64,000 nt of DNA from Cenococcum geophilum (Eukaryota). The notes beneath the pieces are model-generated. The model saw only the letters and a program-made list of their open reading frames with translations, did no database searches and had not been told where the DNA came from. This document shows positions 55,050 through 64,000 of the stretch, piece by piece; the stretch's first letter is position 1, and the number at the start of each line of letters is the position of its first letter. A program made the translations under genes and the position numbers. The DNA is taken from contig CP158635.1 in the NCBI GenBank assembly GCA_050273025.1, positions 23,374,001-23,438,000 on the forward strand, in the 5' to 3' direction.

Positions 55050-56510
55050 CTCCTCTTACACGGTAGTAAGGACTAAGCCATTACCTTTCTTCGCACTGCT
55101 AAGAGCTACGGGATTTTAGGTAATATTGGCTATATATATAGCGATAATTACGGCTTAAACAATAAGATATATTGCTTTATTTCTACAGCCCTTTAGGAAA
55201 AAAAGCTCCCTTATTAGGACCTAGTTTACCACTAAATTTAATATAGTGGCTATATTATTAACCTTACCCTCTAGGCCTTCCTCTATATTAAAGATAAAGA
55301 TATAATTAATAAAGCCCTTTAGCAAGTTTAGCTTAATAAGAACTTAGTAATTAATAAGAAGCTTATATAAAAGATAAAGGAAGTAAAAGCTGTAGGCTAG
55401 AAAGAGATTGGTATATTTAGTAGAGTTTATAACCTTATTATACATATTCGCGCGTTAGAGGCTTACTAGAATAAGTTTAAAACCTTAGCCAGACGATTAA
55501 TTCCTTTAAATAATATTACTTAGTAGAACTTATAGTATACTATACTTAAAGCTATTAAGAGTAAAAAAGTTTAAATAGTAATTAATGTATACTATCGGAA
55601 TTAGTTTAAGGAAGTAAAAGATAACTGCCTCTTACTAGAGGATTAGAATATTATTAATAAGATATACGCCTTCTTAAAGCCATTCTATAAGGTTATAATA
55701 ATAAACTAAGGTAACTTCTTATTAATTAACTAGACGCTATATACTATAGATATACTTATTAAACACTATAAGCAGTTAAAGGTAAGCTTTTATAGTTGTA
55801 ATTAAGGCTTTACTAATTAGTTTATAGGATTAATATCGCCTAAATTAACGCCTCCTCTCTGCCATTCTTATAAGCTGGTATACCTTTAATAAATACTATA
55901 AGCTTACTAACGATACTTCTGTATACGCCGCCTTAATTCTCCTTTACCCCTTACGTCGGAAAACCTATATTAAAAGGCACTGGAATAAGAAGTGGTATAA
56001 AAAATTGTTTATAGCAGTAAAGAAGCTTTAGGAGGAGCAATATATATATATCGCGAAGTTAAACTAAAAGCCACTTCTACTAATTGCTCTACTGAGCCTT
56101 TTAAAACCGAACTCTATATATACATACTTAACGTTATTAGTAGCGTAGAGGACGAGTATAAAGACTTTATTAACTTAAAGCCTATTTTAATTTAAGGCAC
56201 GGCGCTATAGTAGTGGCTTAATCTAACTTATAGAGCTGATTACCTATAACTTTCTTAAATGGCAATTAATATATTATCTATACCGTTAATATTAGCAGAG
56301 GCCGAGCAAGTCTTTTTAGGTATATGGTAAACAATCTTATAGGACCGCATATTACTAGGGAGTACTAATATTAAATATACGGAGTGCTTAAAGAGCTAGC
56401 TACTAAGTAATATCACCGCCGGAGGGAGGCTTATAGCGATGAATGTAGTATAAGAGGCTTTAGAGGCCTTGGCAGAATCTAGAGACCAGCTAACATCTAC
56501 TACACCACGT
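55050..56510 (+). pseudogene. hAT G transposase, 3' part (catalytic region and hATC dimerisation domain)
   Basis: GDN..LNN; TRWNS-like motif; intron-like GTAAGC..ACTAAT..TAG at ~55782-55827; LS.MAI.ILSIP..SAEAEQVF.G...ECLKS at 56250-56400. Confidence 0.82.
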
Positions 56511-56664
56511 TAAGGATCACGAAGGTAACGATAGTAGTGAGAGAGCAGTAGCGAGAGAGTAGCTATTTTAAAGCTCTACTAGAGCCTAGGGGCGTATAGA
56601 GCCTACTTTTAAATAAAACAATTCAATATCTTTCAATATTAAACTATTATTTAATATCAATATC

Positions 56665-58608
56665 TGTCTGTACGAGTAGAGGTTACGTGGTCATGTCTCT
56701 GATTAGTCATCCTTACGGTGACTCATCAGCCCCCTATTTAGGCACCGCGATCCTTACGATCCTCTGCGAAAGACACGAATGAATCAAAGAACCTGTTACC
56801 TTATATTGCAATTGCAGTACCCCCCCGGGTGATACCGACACTAATTAGTTGATATCACAGATCAGAATCCGGTGTTATTACGAAGAGAGATAACACGCGA
56901 TCGCTCCTACTAAGGCCCGTCAATCGTATCGCGTTTGCTAAGGAGAACCCTTCCTACCAAGGCCCTGGGAACTCAAAGAACCGACTCCTACTAAGGCTTC
57001 GTTCGGTTCGCGTCCATCACGCAAATCAACCACTTAATAAGGAGAACCCTTCCTACCAAGGCCCTGGGAACTTAAGAACCGACTCCTACCAAGGCTTCGT
57101 TCGGTTCGCGTCTACCACGCAAAATCAACACCTAGTACAACCTCTTTACTGAGCGCCAGTACACCCAGCAGCGTCAGCAGCACCCCTACCTACACCCCTA
57201 CCTACACTACGACCTACACCACAACCTATACCACGATCTACGCCAGTCAATTATGTCCGATACACGAACCTAACGTCCAAACTGGGCTAATGGAATCACC
57301 CTAACCAACGAGACTACTGCAGAGGATATCACCAATTACATTTACTTCAAAATCAATGAGTATACTAGCTACAACTTTAAGGATAAAACCCTATGGGATT
57401 CATACCAAGAGGACTTCGATAATTTTGAGGTATAAACATTTAAGGACGCTAATAGGTCTGCAATTAAAAGACTTAAACAACTACTCCGACGTAATAGAGT
57501 ATAGGTCTTTAACAAAAAGAGCAAGTTAGTACCACAAGCACTATACAACGTCGCTCACGAGGACGACCGTACGGAATGGTCAGATGCAGAAATTCAGCTA
57601 TATATCAACAGCGAAGGACCCTTCAATTCGTATGCTATCAACTATCGTCTCAAATTACGCCCACTTGCCACCACCCCTAGGACACCTCAACCACCTGCTG
57701 CGTCTATACCCCAGCAAGCTCCGTCCACACAAGCTTCGTCCGCGCAATCTCCGTCTGCGCAAGCTCCGCCCACGCAAGCCCCATCTGCACAAGCCCCGTC
57801 CACGCAAGCTCCGTCTACACAAGCTCCGCCTACACAAGCTCCGTCCGCGCAAGCTCCGCCTACACAAGCCTCGTCCGCACAAGCTCCGTCCGCGCAAGCT
57901 CCGCCTACGCAAGCTCCGTCTACAGAAGCTCCGCCTGCGCAAGCTCCGTCCGCACAAGCTCCGCCCGCGCAAGCTCCGCTAGCTTTACTCTCCCCCTTAA
58001 CTAAAGCCAAGGACCTACGGCAGCCAAGCTCATACGAACCTCCGCAACCTGCCCGGCAACAGCGCAACTCAGCTCCAGCTGTCTCAAATAACCTTCCTAC
58101 GGCCGAGCTCCCCTTACCTACAAACGTCACTGTCTGCTGCCTCCCCTGCAGATCTGCCACGTCGAAAATTACGTTAATAGCGCGCCCCAAATGCCAGCGT
58201 GCTCCTCCCCCCCCTACGGCCTTTGCAAGCTACGAATACTACGTTAATAAAGTCTATATATTAGTGGTTTTACGCACAAAGAAAGAACTGCCAGTGTTGG
58301 AATATATAGATAGAGTCTACCGACTAAACAATTGTACCGTTACGCCTACAGTCCGTCTAAGCTGGCACCGTACTGCTATATACTTCTCCTTTATACTTTC
58401 TTACCTTCTTTCCTTTTTATAAATGTCGCCAGTGTCTGTACGAGTAGAGGTTACGTGGTTATGTCTCTGATTAGTCATCCTTACGGTGACTCATCAGCCC
58501 CCTATTTAGGCACCGCGATCCTTACGATCCTCTGCGAAAGACACGAATGAATCAAAGAACCTGTTACCTTATATTGCAATTGCAGTACCCCCCCGGGTGA
58601 TACCGACA
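56665..58608 (+). mobile_element. 1.94-kb non-autonomous LTR retroelement (probably internally deleted Copia-like)
   Basis: 176-bp LTRs 56665-56840 and 58433-58608, differing at one position that I could find; perfect TSD ATATC; Gag-like N-terminus from ATG 57253 with three stops; no RT/IN. Confidence 0.9.
57715..57979 (+). repeat. 15-bp tandem repeat encoding QAP(S/P)(A/T) pentapeptides
   Basis: About 17-18 copies of CAAGCTCCGYCYRCR, in frame with the Gag-like ORF. Confidence 0.92.
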
Positions 58609-58655
58609 ATATCAATACGGCCAAATCCTAATATTGAATATTGATAAGAGCACTG

Positions 58656-59825
58656 TATCTGCCCTTTCCAGAATCAAGGCATATGTATCGTCGATGCTTC
58701 AAGGGGGACCGTCGAGCGCTTTCATAATTTGAGAATTGTTGAGCTGAGCGAAGATAAACTCGAGGTGGTGATTTGCGAGCAAAAACCAGATATAATTCCG
58801 TTAGGGCCGACTTAGGACCGGTTGTGTTGGGAAGACTTACGTTCCGTCGGTTCTATTAACAATATTCGATATAGCGATACTTTCGTTTTCCTCTGGGAAT
58901 CTCAGCCATCTCGATCCGCCCGTAATGCGTTCCCTAACCCTATAACTCAATGTCACGGCGGCTTTTCTCCCTAGCTACATCTACTTGAGTAACAGCGAGT
59001 CAATCTAGAGGTAGCGTTCGCCAATCGATCTTGTGATTTGGATGGCATCCTGGAATGATTTAGGTAGGGATTGTAGGGAAAATTTCTCTAGACGCTTGGC
59101 TAAGTTGGAGGTCGTTGTAGTCATCTTCGCTTTCTGAACAGTAGGAATAGCACACTAACAATGGGATAATGCGGTATAAGAGCTGTAGGAGTCGTGTTGT
59201 CTAGATGTTTCTATCAAGCGTACCATGCACGCCCTTTTTGAGTCCCCAACGTCTATGGGGCGAATAGGCGTATGCATGGAAACCTTCTCACAAGAGACAT
59301 GATTATTAAGACAATTATAAATCCATAATCTAATGAGCTTAGAAGTCTCTTCTGATTCCGGACTCTAGTCAACCGGCCACCGCCGGCGCCGACCCTGGTT
59401 CTCTTCTGTAGAGTGGGTATCCCTGGAAGCGCTGTCCTTATCAATTGGTAAATGCTTCTTCTCAATGCTGGTGTTGAAGATGAAAGTGCAATTTGCAATT
59501 GCATCACCTTCAGACGGGCCGCTACTATCTCTCTCTTTGCTAAGGGCAGCTGCTCGGCCTCGTAGGCATCTCTTCTACTTTGGCTGAAATCGTCTCCCTC
59601 CGGAGTCTTCCACCAGGGCGTAGGTAATTTTATATTAGTACTGTGGCTAAGCTCGAACCCCACTACAAAGATATCCTTGCTTCGTATTGCATCCCGCTCT
59701 TCCAAGCCTTTAATACCTATTCCTTGTCCCGGATACCTTGAAGAATTCTCAGAAAAGATGGCTGAGACTTTGAAGAGAAGATTCAATGTTGAACTTGGAA
59801 CCCCTCTCCTCGATGCCTCACACAA
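58656..59825 (-). pseudogene. HET-domain pseudogene fused to the NACHT C-terminal region
   Basis: WIYNCLNNHVSC..PIRPIDVG..YTALSHC*..LPKSFQDAIQITRSIGERYL*IDSL (59325-58985), then DIEL..NRTDG | GTAAGT intron | FLLA..KALDGP..IDDTYALILER; stops at conserved Trp codons and frameshifts. Confidence 0.85.
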
Positions 59826-60725
59826 AGATCCTGCATAGGTTACACCCGGCCTTCTGCGGATGATTTAAGGGAATTGAATGAAGAATAATGTGTATAGCAA
59901 AAGTGGGGTACCAGGCACAGGTCCAACGGAACGGAGAGACACACAGGACATAAATACATGGCTAGTCTAGCGCATGTCTTTGGCCGTCTGGCGATGTAGG
60001 TGGGATAGGACGTTGATTAGGCTTAGGGATGTTGAAACTTGGCTCGCTTGCAGCGCCAGTCACGGCTCTCCACCGCTCACTCTTAACGAATGCGAAGTCA
60101 ACGAACGCGAAATCAGGTGATTCACAATGAAGCAAAACTTTAAATTTGATGAGGCCTGCTCTCGATATTGAGTGAATTGGCAGTGTTCATTATTCGAACC
60201 TACTTGTACCTATCTTCTATTGCGCCTGCAGACGATGCAGGGTACTTTCTTGGTGCTGTCACGAGTTCCGGGTGATCGTCATGGCTGGGGCATTGCAAAT
60301 TTAGTACGATAGCGTTGAGGATTCCAAAGTCTACTCAAGGGTCCAATTGCGGAATTGAAACAGTAAAACAGCGAATCCGTTGCTTCGAAGGCGTAACATG
60401 AAGGAAATGAAGTTTGGTGCCTTTCAATATCAACGAATCATCCAATGATTGCTCGGGGTTCACGAAGGGAGGCCTTTCTGCGTAAGATTAACGGCTAGCT
60501 GAAAGTATTCTGCCAAGCCTCCATGTTTCCCGAAGATTAGCGATCTGTTGCCAAAACACCTGACTCCGTGACACCACATCGTTGCCTGCACTAGACGTGG
60601 TGATTAATATATCTAGTTGTTGACTCTCCATCAACCCTCCAAACACTTTACCCGTGTAAACAGTTGTGGTGGGGATTTCTACTGTGTTCTTGTTTGAGGA
60701 TACCGAATTATCTGTCAAAATCACT

Positions 60726-61874
60726 ATGCCCTCGAAATCCGACGAGCAACCCAGGAGAAGTGGCAGGACCACCAGGGTTCCAGAGAGACTGATAGAGGCA
60801 CCGGCTAACCCTACAAAGCGACGAAGGAGGCTTCCAAAGCTTAAAAAGAGAAAGAATCGACCTACATTATCAACCCTCGAACAGCTCCCACCTGAGCTCC
60901 TCCAAGAGATCTGCATCCTTAGCAACAACCATTTCTTCCCGGGCACAAGCCCTGCGCTCACTTCAAAGCTCTCGTGCGAGTATATATACATGCACTTCTG
61001 CATCAACAGCTTCTTAAGATTTCCGTGGACTTACCCTCGGCCGTTAAATACAAAGTATCAGTCCTGGATCTTCGCTCGCCGCTGGATGACCTGGCCGATG
61101 TTCCAGAAATACGTAAACCGAGCCTACCATGCTTATATAGAAGAGTGGTGTAACGCCAGCATTTTAATAAAAAATTCGTGGGGGCGGCACATTCAGCTAC
61201 CAATTATGCCACCAAAACTCAACCCATTAGACCACCTCTTCAGGAGCTACCCATATTTAGTCTATATAAGATGCCGGATACCTCCGAAACTGCTCCACGC
61301 GCCTTTCACTCCGGAAAATATTACGTTTTTGCGCTTCCTGATCACATTGCGGAACATGCACTTCTCCACTTTAGGCAAGAAGGGTTATAACTATCGCTGG
61401 GCATGGAGAGAGGCCCTCCATCTTGGGCATACGGAGATGGTGTCCCTGATGCTCTCTGAGCGGCTGAATTGTGTAGTTCGCCCGGGGCTCGAAGACCTGC
61501 AAAAGGTGATCAGGAAATCGCCTTGTCCAAAGGCCATTCTCAAACTGCTCATTACAAGGATGATACGTAGGCAAGCTTTTGGTATCCAGCATGCATATAG
61601 AAGCACTTATATGTTCAATTATCCGTCCTTGGTGACGTTTGTGGAGGACGTAGTAAGAAAAGATGGAGAGAACCGCGATTGGCTCTTAGGTTGGATAGCA
61701 AGGGCACAAGACTGGCAGAAAGCTGCGCCACTTTCGCCGACTATCACGAGAGCTGGGTATCTGGAGAGGTTTGATCTTGACGGAGGGAGTGAGGACCAGC
61801 CTGTTGCTGTTGCACAGCTTGCAGGAAACAAGAGGAAGCGGCATGGCTCGGATACACTAAGCCTCCAACCCTAA
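60726..61874 (+). CDS. Hypothetical protein with basic N-terminus and F-box-like motif
   Basis: Open single-exon frame; first ATG 60726; LEQLPPELLQEICILS..FP.TSP.L..KLS motif; basic NLS-like KRRRR/KKRK stretches. Confidence 0.8.
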   Translation: MPSKSDEQPRRSGRTTRVPERLIEAPANPTKRRRRLPKLKKRKNRPTLSTLEQLPPELLQEICILSNNHFFPGTSPALTSKLSCEYIYMHFCINSFLRFPWTYPRPLNTKYQSWIFARRWMTWPMFQKYVNRAYHAYIEEWCNASILIKNSWGRHIQLPIMPPKLNPLDHLFRSYPYLVYIRCRIPPKLLHAPFTPENITFLRFLITLRNMHFSTLGKKGYNYRWAWREALHLGHTEMVSLMLSERLNCVVRPGLEDLQKVIRKSPCPKAILKLLITRMIRRQAFGIQHAYRSTYMFNYPSLVTFVEDVVRKDGENRDWLLGWIARAQDWQKAAPLSPTITRAGYLERFDLDGGSEDQPVAVAQLAGNKRKRHGSDTLSLQP

Positions 61875-61999
61875 AGGCAGATTTGAAGGGCGGGTTCATA
61901 TGGTGCATCTTGTGGCAATATGGGTATGCCAAGATGAGGGTTAGAAGATAATCTCACTGAGTGGCAAAACGCTCTGCCCTCCGGTTCTATGCGCTGATT

Positions 62000-62922
62000 C
62001 TATATCGGACTTAATGTTCGCCCACGCTTCTTTTTCTCTATCAGGCTGTCTTCCCCAACCTTTCGTCCATTTGGAAGTATCCTCTCCGTTTTTCTGGCTT
62101 CCCACAGCAAAAACGGATATAGAAGATCAGCCACCAACCCAACTCCCCACAGAAAAACCGAAAAAGGGGACATGAAGTATTCATGCGCCTTCCTCCAGTG
62201 ATACCAACCCCAAGCGTGGTTTAAAACAAAGCCCAAAAATGACACCAGCGTTCTTGCCGCCCTATAGCCATGGAAGCAATCAGCAATCAAACCCTCATCT
62301 CGCCCATTACCGCACAGCATTCGCCATAGGCGCATAAGTAAATAAAGGGCTTACCAGATCCCCCATCCCACGCCTCCCGAATGCCCTCTCACCATCAGCT
62401 GCGCCAAACTCGCAGTACTTAGATATGACTGACAGAACGCTACGCTCCAGTACCCTAGCTCTGTCATATCAGGCCCCACCCGGCCCATATAGAACTTTCC
62501 CTCCCTCTTCCCCATATCATTATCAATCCACCACTTTGCAAACGTCCAATGGCCCACCAACGCTCCAGCAACTAACACCGTGAAAATCTTCCCCAAGTTG
62601 CGAGCAATGGCAGGGGAGTGTGACCACTCATGTTGGCCATATACAACAACGCAGTAGATCAGTCCGAGATCGAGGATCATTCATATGGTGAAGATGCTAC
62701 GCTCGAGAGGCGTTTCTGCAACATAGAGCGCGAAGACTACTTCCCAGGCGAAGTTGAAGGCGAGCGCGAGAATGGGCATGCCATAGGAACGCGTGCGGAA
62801 GGAGGAGCAGACGAAAAGAATGTAGGTTATTGTCCAAAGAACTCCGCCGGCTTGGAGAAGGCTGTTAGACACGAGCTGGAAGTAGGCGGGGACGTAGGGG
62901 GCGGAACATCGTTGGAGCCCAT
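62000..62922 (-). pseudogene. PaxB/Pyr4-family membrane terpene cyclase, disrupted
   Basis: GGVLWTITY..RSYGMPILALAFNFAWE signature; intron 62262-62354 (GTAAGC..GCTGAT..TAG); in-frame TGA at 62681-62683; 1-nt frameshift in a C-run near 62897. Confidence 0.85.
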
Positions 62923-63317
62923 TACAGACAATGAATCAGTCTGAAGAATGGGAGGATCTTTGGAAGGTTAATGTTTGAGGAAGAACTTTAGTGATGGAGA
63001 AACATTAGGGGGCCTTATGGGCACAAGAGGCTTTAGCGCTTATATACAGTAGGTTCTGGGGCCGGAGAACTACATATTTTACTCTGCGCCTATGCTGCTG
63101 TAGGCTGTTAAACGGTTCAAAGCCCATTGATGTGGATACTCGGTTTATCATGGATACAATTGATGACTTCTCGAATGTGTGGCTTATTCCTGGGGAGCTC
63201 TGTGAGACCCTGCCAAGCCACTAAAATATGCAAGGTCCAAGTCACTAGCCATCATGTCAACTTCAATATCGCGACATCGTATTCTCAGCTTCGTTTATAT
63301 CTGCTTCAGCCATCCGC

Positions 63318-64000
63318 ATGGCCTCTTCGGACGAGGAAGAAGAGATCAGGCGAGCCATTGCCTTATCCCTTCAAGCAAACAGTGAACCAAATTCTCCAAC
63401 TGCCCCAGCTACCACAGCTTTGGTGTCTATTCAGAAACGGAGTGAAGATGCAGATGCTAGCACCCTCAAGACGCTTAAAGTCGAGCAGCGGGTTTCAATG
63501 CAGCCCCTTAAACGCTTGACACAGCAGCAGCACCAAACTCAGATAGGTATTTTTGGCCTCGATCGCAAGAGAATGGAACAAGAGCGTCTAGCAAGATCAA
63601 ATCGAAAGAGACAGCGATCCATTTCTCCGCCCCCCCTTCGACGAGGTCAGGAGAGGCCAAAGAAGATGGTTGTACGAGAAGTAATCGATCTTGAAGCTGA
63701 TTCTGAACCATCGCCTTTGCGGAATAGTACATTGAAATCACCATTGAATGATGCCTCTCGAAATATCTTTGAAAACGCTCAAGGAAGAACTACCCTGGTC
63801 CAACCGGACAAATTCACCTTTTTGGAATATCCTAAGGGAGCCGTCAAAAAGACCTGGGCTTTTGGGCACCCTAGAGAAAATGACATCAAGATAGAGGAGG
63901 TTCTCCAGAAAGATAAATTGAAGGTCGCGGTGCTTAGTGCTTTTGACTGGGACATAGACTGGGTTCTCAGCAAGCTCAATACACAGACGACCAAGATGAT
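63318..64000 (+). CDS. UIM-containing tyrosyl-DNA phosphodiesterase-family (PLD superfamily) protein, 5' part, runs off window
   Basis: MASSDEEEEIRRAIALSL (UIM-like), GLDRKRMEQERLAR, YPKGAVKKTWAFG..DIKIEEVLQKD.LK.AVLSAFDWD..W; frame open to the window end. Confidence 0.82.
   Translation, partial: MASSDEEEEIRRAIALSLQANSEPNSPTAPATTALVSIQKRSEDADASTLKTLKVEQRVSMQPLKRLTQQQHQTQIGIFGLDRKRMEQERLARSNRKRQRSISPPPLRRGQERPKKMVVREVIDLEADSEPSPLRNSTLKSPLNDASRNIFENAQGRTTLVQPDKFTFLEYPKGAVKKTWAFGHPRENDIKIEEVLQKDKLKVAVLSAFDWDIDWVLSKLNTQTTKM

Larger units (their letters stand above)
26562..58655 (+). mobile_element. hAT DNA transposon G (~2.8 kb own sequence) expanded to 32 kb by nested insertions
   Basis: TIR CAGTGCTCTTATCAATAT at both ends; perfect 8-bp TSD TATCTGCC at 26554-26561 and 58656-58663; AATATTG subterminal repeats. 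Confidence 0.95.

Noticed and set aside
1..56600. Alternative genetic code (TAA/TAG read as Gln) or stop readthrough to explain stop-riddled ORFs
   Set aside because: Stops occur at both Gln and Trp positions alongside pervasive C>T/G>A missense changes, and LTR pairs differ by the same transitions; this is RIP. Flanking genes use the standard code.
57584..58190. Arg/Lys-rich (protamine-like) and Cys/Gly-rich (metallothionein-like) ORFs
   Set aside because: These are alternative frames and strands of the 15-bp repeat; the frame continuous with the Gag-like ORF encodes QAP(S/P)(A/T).
26562..58655. Giant cargo-carrying transposon (Starship-like)
   Set aside because: No tyrosine-recombinase captain gene is seen; all extra length is explained by nested TEs with their own TSDs that interrupt the hAT transposase.
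60488..63994. Multiple short overlapping or antisense ORFs in the ORF track
   Set aside because: They are shadows of the three recognised genes and have no independent motif support.

Overview
Filamentous-ascomycete-type genomic DNA. About 58 kb is an AT-rich transposon island heavily mutated by repeat-induced point mutation (RIP: C>T/G>A changes, Gln/Trp codons turned into TAA/TAG). A gene-bearing flank starts at ~58.7 kb. The nesting can be resolved from terminal repeats and target-site duplications (TSDs). Gypsy A (1-7087) carries a foldback MITE. hAT F (8573-22354) contains Gypsy E (8878-19528). A MITE cluster lies at 24.6-25.8 kb. hAT G (26562-58655) splits a HET/NACHT-type pseudogene and contains Gypsy B > Gypsy C > (Tad1-like LINE + Gypsy D), plus a 1.9-kb mini LTR element. 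The flank holds a hypothetical F-box-like gene, a disrupted PaxB/Pyr4-type terpene cyclase and the 5' part of a UIM + tyrosyl-DNA-phosphodiesterase-family gene. The most notable feature is accessory genes between pol and the 3' LTR. Gypsy E has a ~2.6-kb sense ORF whose de-RIPed C-terminal half resembles a 2-oxoglutarate/Fe(II) dioxygenase. Families A/C and D each carry antisense, apparently intron-containing ORFs with six-Cys zinc-cluster-like motifs. All protein calls in the RIPed zone come from manual translation and back-mutation, not database searches.
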